64,000 nt of DNA, from the IMG/VR virus record IMGVR_UViG_3300033076_001048, positions 1 to 64,000 of that record, one strand, 5' to 3'. Under the pieces are notes generated by a model that was not told where the DNA came from, ran no database searches, and saw only the letters and a list, made by a program, of their open reading frames with translations. Position 1 is the stretch's first letter. The number at the start of each line of letters is the position of its first letter. A program made the position numbers and the translations under genes. This document shows positions 7,406-16,769 of the stretch, piece by piece. Source of the stretch: a virus (Duplodnaviria > Caudoviricetes).

Positions 7406-9168
7406 TGAAATGGATATTCTCAATATTATTATTGTTAGTATCCTCTACTAGTTTTGGTCAGGGGTTTTCATATTCGTATGTAGACCCCTGCTCAAAAAAA
7501 ACAAACACAGTTTATATACCTTCGGGTCAAAATTCAGTAACAGTAAGTTATTATGGAGTGGCAAATACGTTCACTCAAGCCGATTTTCAAAACGGAACAT
7601 TCTCAGCGTGGATGTATTCAGTATCCGCAGCATCAACACAACCTTGTCAAGGGTTAAAAACAGAAACTCAAACAAAACAAAACACAATTATTACTAATAA
7701 CATTATTTCAACACTAACAAGTGTAACCGCAGCGGCAACCATGTCCGTAACGAGTTCGATTAGTACTGTTAGTTCTCAAAGTGCGGGAAATGCGTTAGGA
7801 AATAGTGTGAATAACTCATCAGATAACAGTAATGGTGGGGGAAGTTCAAAAGAAAACAAAGATGGACAGAATAATTCAGGAAGTAAATCAAATAATCAAG
7901 AAAGTGGAACCTCAGGACAGTCTCAAGGAGGTGGAACAACAACTAATTCATCTCAAGGGTCTAATAAGACAGAAGGAGGAAGCACATCAGGTACAAATCA
8001 ACCATCTGAAGGAGGAAATCAACCGTCTGGCTCGTCTGTAGGGGGAAATACGGCTCAAAATGGGCAAAATACAGGTCAAAATCAACCAAATACGAGCTTA
8101 AATACAAACAAAACTGAGCCAAATACAGGAAATTCAGGGTCAAATACAACAAATCCAAGTAATACCCCAAAAACAGGTACAAATTCAGGGTCAAATGGGG
8201 GTAATAACACCCAATCTGGTACAAATTCAGGGTCAAATACAAATAATTCAGGAGGTTCTAATAGTTCGGGGAATAGTTCGGGGAATAATTCGGGAAATTC
8301 AGGGTCAAATACAAATAATTCAGGAGGTTCTAATGGTTCTGGTGGTGGAAATGGTGGAACTGACCAAAAAACTAATACAAATGACCCAACAACAACACCA
8401 ACAGACTCAAAATCAGGTGGAAATGGTGGAACAACTAACTCTGTGGCAAACGCTGCTGAAGCTTCTTCAGGTGGTTCAACATCAAATGCCTCTGAAGGAA
8501 GTGGAGGAGGAAGTTCAAAAGGTGGTGCTAAGTCAAATGTAAGGGTAGGTTCAATTATTGGTACAGGTGATATAGTTGCAATTAGAAGTGCTGAGGATAA
8601 TTCCAACTCATTTAAGGCAACTATGTCAGTAACTAAGTCAAATACTGATAATTCAAGAGCTAAAGGAGCTCTATTAAATTTTACAACAGCAATTAATAAC
8701 TCAAATCTTACTTTTTACGGTGCATTTACAAATAAAGCTAAATCAAACACATTAATTTGTGCAAATTCAACAATGATTAATTTCGATTATGATTTATTTA
8801 ATACTTCAACAGTTTTAGAGTCTCATAGATGGAATAAATTATCATTAATGGGTGGTTTAAATTATACAGTAGGTTCAATGGCCGGAACATCATTTAATAA
8901 TATTTCAGCGGTAGGTGGTGGTTTCTATATGTTTAAGGTTAGTAAAAATTTATCAGGCAATATGTTATTGTTGGCTGTGTATTCACCTTTTACAAAATTC
9001 TATGAAGGTACTTGGTGGCAATCAGGGACACTATTAGTCCCATTTAGTTCTTGGGATTATTCAATATCAAAAAACTTTAAATATAATGTCAGCTTTTCAG
9101 GAACATGGGAAGTTGGAAAATCTGTATTACAATATCAGATATTAACAGGTGGTAAAATAATGTTATAA
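7405..9168 (+). CDS. Secreted protein with a long G/S/N/T linker and a C-terminal beta-barrel-like domain
   Basis: Signal peptide; low-complexity region ~7800-8540; amphipathic strands in the last ~200 aa. Confidence 0.75.
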   Translation: MKWIFSILLLLVSSTSFGQGFSYSYVDPCSKKTNTVYIPSGQNSVTVSYYGVANTFTQADFQNGTFSAWMYSVSAASTQPCQGLKTETQTKQNTIITNNIISTLTSVTAAATMSVTSSISTVSSQSAGNALGNSVNNSSDNSNGGGSSKENKDGQNNSGSKSNNQESGTSGQSQGGGTTTNSSQGSNKTEGGSTSGTNQPSEGGNQPSGSSVGGNTAQNGQNTGQNQPNTSLNTNKTEPNTGNSGSNTTNPSNTPKTGTNSGSNGGNNTQSGTNSGSNTNNSGGSNSSGNSSGNNSGNSGSNTNNSGGSNGSGGGNGGTDQKTNTNDPTTTPTDSKSGGNGGTTNSVANAAEASSGGSTSNASEGSGGGSSKGGAKSNVRVGSIIGTGDIVAIRSAEDNSNSFKATMSVTKSNTDNSRAKGALLNFTTAINNSNLTFYGAFTNKAKSNTLICANSTMINFDYDLFNTSTVLESHRWNKLSLMGGLNYTVGSMAGTSFNNISAVGGGFYMFKVSKNLSGNMLLLAVYSPFTKFYEGTWWQSGTLLVPFSSWDYSISKNFKYNVSFSGTWEVGKSVLQYQILTGGKIML

Positions 9169-9172
9169 GAAT

Positions 9173-9628
9173 ATGAAAAACACAATTATACTATTAGGTA
9201 TTATACTCACAAGTATATTTAGCCTAAACGCACAAGACTGTTATACAGTCAAAGAAGTTAACAATAAAACTGAAAATCCTGACCTTTCATCAAAGAGATT
9301 TACTTTCGGTATAAAACAAATGACTGAAGAGTTATTAGGAAACAAATTTACAATCTGTGTTGATGGTAAACCTGTTGTTGTTAATATCACTTCTATTGAA
9401 GCACCTACAGTTGGAATTAATATTGGTCCTTTTATGATTAGAAAAAAAATGACTATAGTTAAAACTGAAATATTAATAAATGATAAGGTTTATATTGGTG
9501 AGGGTTCGGCAAAACTTTCAGTTAAAGCGTCTTTTGCAGAATTAAAAGATGAAAACTTACCATTTGAAAAAAGTGTGTTTGCATCGGCAGTTAAAAAATC
9601 ACTACAGGACGGAATTTCAAAAATGTAA
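9173..9628 (+). CDS. Secreted protein, possibly a CsgG/LptE-like alpha/beta domain
   Basis: Signal peptide; overlapping stop/start with the next gene. Confidence 0.65.
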   Translation: MKNTIILLGIILTSIFSLNAQDCYTVKEVNNKTENPDLSSKRFTFGIKQMTEELLGNKFTICVDGKPVVVNITSIEAPTVGINIGPFMIRKKMTIVKTEILINDKVYIGEGSAKLSVKASFAELKDENLPFEKSVFASAVKKSLQDGISKM

Positions 9629-10704
9629 TGAGGTGGATAATATTCATATTGACTTTTTTAATATCTCTGAAGACGTATTCACAATCACCGTTGTGCTCAA
9701 GTAGACCAACGAGTTTTTGTTGTGAATATGTATCAAGTGTAACAATTAACGGAAAAACCTTTGCTGGAAGTACTGGATTTAGTAATACTTCAGGTGGAAG
9801 TCCCGCAGGTTATTATGATTATACTTACACAAAAGATACGGTTCCAAGAATTACTGCAGGACAAAATATTTCAATTTCCTATACTGCGGTTACTAATGGT
9901 AACTATATGGAATATTTCAAACTATGGATTGATTTTAATGGTAATGGAGTTTTAACAGATGCCGGTGAATTGGTCCATAGTTCAAATTATTCTTGGTTAG
10001 GAACAAAAACAATAACCGCCACATTTACCGTACCAACCTCAGTATATAATGGTGAAGTTTACATGAGATTTGTAATGCAATATTCAGGTTCACCAGTAAT
10101 ATGTGGTACATATCCTTATGGTAATACATTCGATTTTAAAACAAGAATTGTGGGTGCTACTGACCCATTTAGTTATACAGGTTATATCTATGATTCGGAA
10201 GGAAGTGGAATTCAAAATGTTCCTGTGGAATTATATAGTAAATTAAAAACTGACGTTACCTATACATCATTAACCAGTGTTACAACTGATGCTAATGGTA
10301 AGTTTAGTTTAAGTTCAACAAGAGATGCTACTTTGTATGACTTCCAATTAAAAATTAACACTTTAACTATTTCATCACCAATTGTTAATGATGCTAAATC
10401 ATTCAATACTAAAGTATTACAACAATCTTTTAATTCACGAGATTATTATAGGATGGATGTTAATAATGATGATAATTTATCAATAACTGATGTATATCTG
10501 ATATATATGAAAATAATTGGCGTGAATTGGAAATCAGGTGTTTACAGTTATAGAATATTTACACCCACTGAATGGAGTACAATTAGTACCTCAAACAGTA
10601 ATCTAAAGTCAACATATTCAGGAAGTCAAACAGTAACCATAACTGGTTTAACAAATAAGGGCAGTTCTAATTTTTACTTAGTTAGGACAGGATTCAGATA
10701 TTAA
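9628..10704 (+). CDS. Secreted GEVED-domain and dockerin-like protein
   Basis: LWIDFNGNGVLTDAGE...MRFVMQY (GEVED); MDVNNDDNLSITDVY (dockerin loop). Confidence 0.8.
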   Translation: MRWIIFILTFLISLKTYSQSPLCSSRPTSFCCEYVSSVTINGKTFAGSTGFSNTSGGSPAGYYDYTYTKDTVPRITAGQNISISYTAVTNGNYMEYFKLWIDFNGNGVLTDAGELVHSSNYSWLGTKTITATFTVPTSVYNGEVYMRFVMQYSGSPVICGTYPYGNTFDFKTRIVGATDPFSYTGYIYDSEGSGIQNVPVELYSKLKTDVTYTSLTSVTTDANGKFSLSSTRDATLYDFQLKINTLTISSPIVNDAKSFNTKVLQQSFNSRDYYRMDVNNDDNLSITDVYLIYMKIIGVNWKSGVYSYRIFTPTEWSTISTSNSNLKSTYSGSQTVTITGLTNKGSSNFYLVRTGFRY

Positions 10705-10744
10705 AATATTTTCCAATTCATTTGTTTTTAAGAAAGTTTGTTAT

Positions 10745-10752
10745 TACCTTTG
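10745..10752 (+). promoter_or_regulatory. Bacteroidota sigma-type promoter (-7 TAnnTTTG, -33 TTTG)
   Basis: TACCTTTG with TTTG at 10721-24 (20-nt spacer); ATG 7 nt downstream. Confidence 0.75.
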
Positions 10753-10759
10753 TTCCAAT

Positions 10760-11167
10760 ATGGAATATAAACACACCTTTAAAAGGTTTTTACAACGTAT
10801 AGCAATTGATATAACACGTAAGTTAGATTATCGTTCTATGGATAAATCAACTCACGGTAAAGAGTGTTTTTCAATTTGTCAGAAACTAATCGGTAATCCC
10901 GAGTCGGAACTTATTGTATCACCGTTGACAGCAAAAAGATACATCAAAAATGATGAATCAAATATCTTTGTAATTATACAAGGGCGAACGGTTCAAATCA
11001 TTAACCATATTTATAGTTACTCAATACACCTTGATGAAAAGACATATGAAAGGGTAATGGCAACATTTAACCATGAGCAAGAAAAAAGATGTCTTAAATT
11101 GGAATCAGAAGTAGAAGTAAACATTAAACACTCACTCAAAAATATAATTAATAATTTACAAAATTAA
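10760..11167 (+). CDS. Hypothetical protein
   Basis: ORF directly after a host-type promoter. Confidence 0.75.
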   Translation: MEYKHTFKRFLQRIAIDITRKLDYRSMDKSTHGKECFSICQKLIGNPESELIVSPLTAKRYIKNDESNIFVIIQGRTVQIINHIYSYSIHLDEKTYERVMATFNHEQEKRCLKLESEVEVNIKHSLKNIINNLQN

Positions 11168-11168
11168 T

Positions 11169-11444
11169 ATGAACAAGTCATTTAAAAATACGTACAGATT
11201 AGGAATGTTGGTCTTTATAATTACAACATTATTCGCCAGCATGATTTTTGGTGCATTATTTCGTTCTTGTAATTCGGAACCCGTTGTTAATGTTAACGTA
11301 ATGGACAACAAAAAAGAATCTGTTCATGACACATTCTATATGGACAGAGAAGTCACAAAAGTAATACGTGATACAGTTAGAATACCCATTAGACCTGTTA
11401 CAAAACCAACAGTACTACCGAAGACTGATACGGTATCTAAATAA
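11169..11444 (+). CDS. Single-TM membrane protein
   Basis: N-terminal hydrophobic helix. Confidence 0.65.
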   Translation: MNKSFKNTYRLGMLVFIITTLFASMIFGALFRSCNSEPVVNVNVMDNKKESVHDTFYMDREVTKVIRDTVRIPIRPVTKPTVLPKTDTVSK

Positions 11445-11449
11445 TTTTT

Positions 11450-11526
11450 GGACCCTTAGCTCAGTTGGTTAGAGCGGCTGACTCATAATCAGTAGGTCGC
11501 AGGTTCAAGCCCTGCAGGGTCCACCA
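11450..11526 (+). tRNA. tRNA-Ile2 (CAT, lysidine type)
   Basis: GGACCCT/AGGGTCC acceptor and GCTGA-CTCATAA-TCAGT, typical of Ile2; encoded CCA. Confidence 0.85.
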
Positions 11527-11879
11527 TGAATATAAATTTAAAAAACTTTTTATTTTGTTTTGGAATATTTGCACTTAGTCAAATTTTAGTTTGGTTTCAA
11601 TTAAACGGTCAATTTTTTAATGAGTGGTTTAAAAAGAATACCTTCTTATTATCCCTTATTGGTATTCCAATCAGTTATCTTTATATCTACGGTACAAATT
11701 ATGGTGTAAAAGCATTTGATGGGTTACTTTGGCCACAAAGATTTTTAGGATTTTCAATTGGTATAATTATATTCGCAATTTTGAGTTATACAATCATGAA
11801 TGAAACAATTAATTTTAAAACAATGTTGTCTTTATTTCTTTCTTTTCTTATAATCTTAGTACAAATATTTATTAAATAA
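11526..11879 (+). CDS. 4-TM small membrane protein (SMR/DMT-like size)
   Basis: Four hydrophobic segments. Confidence 0.7.
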   Translation: MNINLKNFLFCFGIFALSQILVWFQLNGQFFNEWFKKNTFLLSLIGIPISYLYIYGTNYGVKAFDGLLWPQRFLGFSIGIIIFAILSYTIMNETINFKTMLSLFLSFLIILVQIFIK

Positions 11880-11883
11880 GGAC

Positions 11884-12060
11884 ATGTATTGTATTATTAA
11901 GTTAATGAAAAATAGTAACGGTATTGAATTACCTGTTGTGTTATTAGATAACCAAGATGAAGTTTGGGAATTCCAAAATGCTGATGAAGCAATTAAAATT
12001 GCGGAAATTTTAACAAAAAATTCTGATTCGGGTTATAGATATTACGTAAAAAAGGTTTAA
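11884..12060 (+). CDS. Hypothetical protein (58 aa)
   Basis: Hand-translated MYCIIKLMKN...YYVKKV*. Confidence 0.6.
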   Translation: MYCIIKLMKNSNGIELPVVLLDNQDEVWEFQNADEAIKIAEILTKNSDSGYRYYVKKV

Positions 12061-12078
12061 CTTTGTAATTATAAACAT

Positions 12079-12150
12079 GGCCTTATAGGTAAACGGATAT
12101 ACCAACTCTCTTCTAAAGAGTAATTCGTGGTTCGATTCCACGTGGGGCTA
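12079..12150 (+). tRNA. tRNA-Arg (TCT)
   Basis: ACTCT-CTTCTAA-AGAGT; CGTGG-TTCGATT-CCACG. Confidence 0.9.
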
Positions 12151-12510
12151 CAAAAAATGAATTTTTCTATGACAATTTGAACATAGTAAATCACATTTAT
12201 CAAGTTCTTTTTTTATTTTTTCAAGTGATTGAAGTTTTAATTTACTCCAGTCGTAATCTTTTAATTCAGGATTTCTATGATGAAAATCAAAAATTACATA
12301 AGGTTCTTCAGGATATTTTAAACCACAATTAATACACTCAGACCCTTTATAGATTATTGCTGAAATTTTTTTATCAATCCATCTGTCTGAACAGTATTTA
12401 TTGAAACAACTTTTACATCTATCATATGGTTTATTACCACGTGATGACCTACTGTAAAAATCAAATAGTGGTTTAATTTCATTACATTGACTACAAATTT
12501 TATTTTCCAT
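12148..12510 (-). CDS. HNH-type endonuclease with an N-terminal Zn finger
   Basis: CxxC pairs, FDFHHRNP, LLCSNCHRKIH. Confidence 0.8.
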   Translation of the reverse strand: MENKICSQCNEIKPLFDFYSRSSRGNKPYDRCKSCFNKYCSDRWIDKKISAIIYKGSECINCGLKYPEEPYVIFDFHHRNPELKDYDWSKLKLQSLEKIKKELDKCDLLCSNCHRKIHFL

Positions 12511-12559
12511 ATATTATAAATATATGGATAGATTATAAAATTCTAATCACTTAATACTT

Positions 12560-12647
12560 GGAAGTTTGGCAGAGTTGGTCGATTGCGTCAGTCTTGAAAA
12601 CTGAAGATGTCGTGAGGCATCCGGGGGTTCGAATCCCTCAGCTTCCG
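12560..12647 (+). tRNA. tRNA-Ser (TGA)
   Basis: TCAGT-CTTGAAA-ACTGA, long variable arm, G discriminator. Confidence 0.92.
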
Positions 12648-12684
12648 CAAAATCTTGGGACACCGACCCAAGATTTTTTTTTTT

Positions 12685-12772
12685 GGAAGATTACCCAAGT
12701 CGGTGAAGGGGGCAGTTTGCTAAACTGTTAGGCTGAGAAATCGGCGCGGGGGTTCGAGTCCCTCATCTTCCG
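12685..12772 (+). tRNA. tRNA-Ser (GCT)
   Basis: GCAGT-TTGCTAA-ACTGT, long variable arm. Confidence 0.92.
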
Positions 12773-12783
12773 CAAAAAAAAAG

Positions 12784-12811
12784 AACCGAGTTGTTTGACT
12801 CGGTTTTTTTT
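12784..12811 (+). terminator. Intrinsic terminator after the tRNA cluster
   Basis: AACCGAGT-TGTTTG-ACTCGGTT followed by a T tract. Confidence 0.75.
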
Positions 12812-12829
12812 ATTTCATATATTTTAACC

Positions 12830-13798
12830 ATGACAAAATTAAGAGAATTTAGAGAAACAGTACCATCTTGGATGAAAATGTCTTTTTTTGATGTTTTACA
12901 AACAATTGACCCATCAAAAACTAATAAATTTTTACCAATGTTATCAAATATGGTAATTAATCATTTTGAAAAAAAGGATGTTCGTCATAATAATGAACTA
13001 AGACATGAATTGGAAATAAGGTTACCAATTATTAAAAATCAGATTCAAAATTTTGACACGGCTACATTATGGATGGTTTATCACCTATCACAAATATTGT
13101 CATTAGGTGATTTGGAAACAATATTTGAATTTATTCAAATGTACGAAAACCATCAAATACCAAATGTAGATATTAATAAATTAAAAAGTTTTAATGAGTT
13201 AGAAACAATTATTACTTTAGTAGGTATTAAGAATCTTGGTAAAGAATACGCAAAACAAATACATGTTGACTTGGAAAATGAAAAATGGTTGATTGTTAGG
13301 CCATTAACTCATGAAGCGTCTTTAAAATACGGTGCAAACACCAGATGGTGTACAGCATCTAAGAGTAATCCATATCAATATTTTAGATATACTGAAAATG
13401 GCGTTTTGGTGTATTGTATAAATAAAGAAAATGGATACAAACTTGCGTTTCATATGTATAAAGAAAATGATGGATTTTATGAAATTTCATTTTGGAACAG
13501 TGCTGATGATAGGATTGATTCTTTAACCGCTGAAATTGATTATGATGTTTTTAATTTAATTAGGAATATGTATTCAAATAATAATACAAAAACTAATAAA
13601 GAATTGGGTGGTGAATATTGGACTAAGTCTTATGAGGCTTATCTTGATAGCGATAAGAAATCAATTGAGGATGGACCTGTCGCAGAAGCGCCTCTAACAA
13701 GAGCTATACGACTAATTCAAAATAACGATGTGGTTCAAGAACCTGAAATGGAACAGGAAGCTATGGTTGAGTATGATGGACCAACCGCAAGTTATTAA
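12830..13798 (+). CDS. Paralog of 1503-3131 (PLTHEASLKYGANTRWC domain)
   Basis: Shared motif; ATG at 12830. Confidence 0.8.
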   Translation: MTKLREFRETVPSWMKMSFFDVLQTIDPSKTNKFLPMLSNMVINHFEKKDVRHNNELRHELEIRLPIIKNQIQNFDTATLWMVYHLSQILSLGDLETIFEFIQMYENHQIPNVDINKLKSFNELETIITLVGIKNLGKEYAKQIHVDLENEKWLIVRPLTHEASLKYGANTRWCTASKSNPYQYFRYTENGVLVYCINKENGYKLAFHMYKENDGFYEISFWNSADDRIDSLTAEIDYDVFNLIRNMYSNNNTKTNKELGGEYWTKSYEAYLDSDKKSIEDGPVAEAPLTRAIRLIQNNDVVQEPEMEQEAMVEYDGPTASY

Positions 13799-13864
13799 AA
13801 AATTTATTAAAATACTAATTTAGTTTGCAATTTGTAATATTTATAAATTAGTATACTTTAAAAA

Positions 13865-14485
13865 ATGGATTGGTCAAAAATAATTGAGGTTCTTTTAACG
13901 TCATCATCTTCGATAATAATCGCCCTGATAACGGCTGGGTTCTTTAGAAGAAGAATTGAAAAAGGAAAAGAACAGTTCTCTAAAAAACAATTAATGAAAC
14001 AAATTCAACACGATGAAATTGTTCATTACGCTTTACGAGAATTAAGAAGGAAGTATAATGCTGATAGAGTATATGTTTGGCAATTCCACAATGGTGGAAA
14101 TTTTTATACGTCATCTCCAATGCAAAGAACCTCAATTACATATGAAAGATGTTCTGAAGGATTAGAAAGAAAAGCCGAAAAATATCAAGGAGTTTTAATT
14201 AGTAACTTTACGGGATACATTAGAGATACAATGGATAATAAAATGTTTTATCATGATGTAGAAAAACTCCCTGATTTTGCAATTCGTTCATTGATTTTGA
14301 GTAATGGTACATTTGCTCACGCCGCAGTTCCAATTTTTGATAAGGAAAACCACTTAACAGGTATTATGGCTCTTGATTGGGTTTTTAGTGAAATACCTGA
14401 TGAATATTTAACTGATGGAGAATTTAGCGAAGAATTTAAAAAACAATATATCTTAGAAAGTGGTTCGCTAACACAATATCTATGA
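13865..14485 (+). CDS. Putative holin (N-terminal TM plus GAF-like domain, T4 gpT-like)
   Basis: TM helix then ADRVYVWQFHNGG GAF-like core; TATTTATA at 13838. Confidence 0.55.
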   Translation: MDWSKIIEVLLTSSSSIIIALITAGFFRRRIEKGKEQFSKKQLMKQIQHDEIVHYALRELRRKYNADRVYVWQFHNGGNFYTSSPMQRTSITYERCSEGLERKAEKYQGVLISNFTGYIRDTMDNKMFYHDVEKLPDFAIRSLILSNGTFAHAAVPIFDKENHLTGIMALDWVFSEIPDEYLTDGEFSEEFKKQYILESGSLTQYL

Positions 14486-14931
14486 GAAAAATACGTCAAA
14501 TATTAAAAGAAGAAGTTTCGGACCCATTTACATCAGTCCCAAATGATATTTTATTTGATTTTTTACAAGAATTTGAGGGTGAGTATGATAGAGCCAAAGC
14601 AATTCAATTTTGTAAGTATTTGAATATATCCGCTTATGAAGAAAATTTATCATTTTTTGATGAGTTGATTAATTTGAATCCCCATGTAAAATCACCCGAT
14701 GATATTATTAAACCAAAAAGAAAAGAATTTGAAGTTATATTTGAAGTCAAAGAAAAACTATGGGTTAAATATGAAACTAAAAATTACACTTATGGTTATA
14801 ATGAAAATTCTGTTCGTGAACAAGTATATAATGGTGAGATAAGTGCGTATGATGGTGATGAAATACCAAATAGTCGTGAAGTCTATGATTCTGATTTTAT
14901 AGATGAAAATGTTTTTATTAGTGAAATTTGA
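14482..14931 (+). CDS. Leader-family protein (MRKIRQILKEE)
   Basis: Shared N-terminal ILKEE leader. Confidence 0.75.
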   Translation: MRKIRQILKEEVSDPFTSVPNDILFDFLQEFEGEYDRAKAIQFCKYLNISAYEENLSFFDELINLNPHVKSPDDIIKPKRKEFEVIFEVKEKLWVKYETKNYTYGYNENSVREQVYNGEISAYDGDEIPNSREVYDSDFIDENVFISEI

Positions 14932-14968
14932 TTATATAATTCTTAATAATTATTCTTATTAACTTCAT

Positions 14969-15517
14969 ATGAAATACAACGTAGTAATTTCGGGTATTAG
15001 TCAAAAAATTTCATTGGGTTCAATCACCAATGACGAAAGAAAAAAAATTACCGAGTTTTCCAAAGAAACTGGAATCTCATTATCAGAAACAATCTTTAAT
15101 GAACTAATTGATGTTTTAAATTGTGAATGGCAAGACATTTGCGACATTGATATTGTTGATGGTGCAATTCCTGAAGAATCAAAAATCACAATTTATGATG
15201 AATTTGATAAAATAGTTTTTGACCGAAAACTTTCAGAATTAAAAACAATAATTGATTTTGAGGAACACGAAGAAAATGCAATTCCCGATAACATGCATCT
15301 TTTAGCAGTAAATAAAGAAAAAGGTTCACTATTAGATGAAATTCTTTATTTGGATGAAAAGTTTGATTCATCCAAATTAGAGTTAGTTTGTGATACATTC
15401 ACACTAACTGATGGTACTGTTTATAGTTGTATTCAGGGATTTAACTATGGAGATGATTTTTATGGGCTGAATCCATTAGACGTTAGTTATTACCAATTTC
15501 AATCAAAATTTATTTAA
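14969..15517 (+). CDS. Acidic hypothetical protein
   Basis: 182-aa ORF. Confidence 0.75.
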   Translation: MKYNVVISGISQKISLGSITNDERKKITEFSKETGISLSETIFNELIDVLNCEWQDICDIDIVDGAIPEESKITIYDEFDKIVFDRKLSELKTIIDFEEHEENAIPDNMHLLAVNKEKGSLLDEILYLDEKFDSSKLELVCDTFTLTDGTVYSCIQGFNYGDDFYGLNPLDVSYYQFQSKFI

Positions 15518-15575
15518 TTGTCTTATTGACAATTACCATATATTTATGTATAATCTTATAGAAAATCAAAAAAAA

Positions 15576-15773
15576 ATGAAAAAAGTATTATTTATCCTCG
15601 CTATCGTTGCTTTAGCATCTTGTTCATCAAATGAAACATCTACCTCTGGTTCTGACTCATTAAATTGTAAAGACTCTGCTTGTTGTGATTCAACATGTGT
15701 TGATTCATTATCTAAGAGTGTAGAAGCTCATTCAGATTCTTTGGAAGCAGAAGTAAAAGAATTAAAAAAGTAA
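15576..15773 (+). CDS. Small lipoprotein
   Basis: MKKVLFILAIVALASC lipobox. Confidence 0.75.
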   Translation: MKKVLFILAIVALASCSSNETSTSGSDSLNCKDSACCDSTCVDSLSKSVEAHSDSLEAEVKELKK

Positions 15774-15790
15774 TTTTTTAATTACTTTAT

Positions 15791-15821
15791 AAAAAACCCC
15801 CTTCACAAGAGGGGTTTTTTT
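15791..15821. terminator. Bidirectional intrinsic terminator
   Basis: AAAAAACCCC...GGGGTTTTTTT. Confidence 0.75.
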
Positions 15822-15842
15822 ATGCTCTCAGTATTTATCCAC

Positions 15843-16049
15843 ATGAGAGATGCTAATTTCGTTAAAGGTACCGTTATCAACTATATGGGTGAAGAATGGA
15901 CGGTAGGTGATTTTTATTTTATACCGGGTAATCCAAGAATATATGTTGGACTAAAAAAAGGTAGTGTTCAAATGAATGTTGACTTGGAAACGATAAAATT
16001 AATTATCATTAATTCAAACTATAGTTTAGACCTACAAGAAAGTTTTTAA
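15843..16049 (+). CDS. Hypothetical protein
   Basis: ATG after TATTTAT at 15832. Confidence 0.6.
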   Translation: MRDANFVKGTVINYMGEEWTVGDFYFIPGNPRIYVGLKKGSVQMNVDLETIKLIIINSNYSLDLQESF

Positions 16050-16728
16050 TATCATTTGTGGCACCTTTAGCGAAGAATGATTCGTATGCTGTGTTGTATT
16101 GTAATTTAATACCTAATAACTTATTTAAATCGAATTTAATCCACGATTTTGTCGTAAGTATATAATCTGATGTATTAGTTACTTTTGGTTGATACAAACA
16201 CTCCGTAAAGTATTTTAACTTATAATTTTTTATCTCACCAAAGAACTGAACTCTTGGTGAATGACGTACACCTGAATTTATAATTGTCGGGTCAACATAA
16301 GCATTGTCATAATATAAAACACCATAAGATAATGTATTCTCCAAATACTTTGTTCTGAATGTTGTAATACCTCCACCAACACCAGTTTCAACACGTTGGT
16401 TAATCTTTTTTGATGTTAACTGTGATATCTGACCAAAAGTAAAAACTGAATAGTTTTTGTCTACAATTCTTGGTTGAACCCTTAACGTAAAATCATTGAT
16501 TAGGATGTTTCCGTTGGTTGTCATCAACTGATAATTGGTTGACATACCTGTCTCAAACTTTTTCCAATTAACACTGTTAAACGTTGATAAAACAATATTA
16601 TTTTGTTGGTTGTTATTTGCATTATTTATTGAACCTGTTAAGTCTACATTGTATTTGTACGTAATTGAATCTTGTCCCAAAACAAAATTGGACAATATAA
16701 GTAGGGGGATTAAAATGTATTTTTTCAT
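16009..16728 (-). CDS. Outer-membrane beta-barrel (DUF481-like)
   Basis: Signal peptide MKKYILIPLL; amphipathic strands; terminal LGLNYSLN-type strand. Confidence 0.65.
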   Translation of the reverse strand: MKKYILIPLLILSNFVLGQDSITYKYNVDLTGSINNANNNQQNNIVLSTFNSVNWKKFETGMSTNYQLMTTNGNILINDFTLRVQPRIVDKNYSVFTFGQISQLTSKKINQRVETGVGGGITTFRTKYLENTLSYGVLYYDNAYVDPTIINSGVRHSPRVQFFGEIKNYKLKYFTECLYQPKVTNTSDYILTTKSWIKFDLNKLLGIKLQYNTAYESFFAKGATNDIKNFLVGLNYSLN

Positions 16729-16769
16729 ATAATAAAAAAGGGGGTTCAAGACCCCCTTAGTAAGGTTTA

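Noticed and set aside
8080-8420. AATTCAGGGTCAAATAC-type repeats as an array
   Set aside because: Irregular spacing; explained by the Gly/Ser/Asn linker coding.
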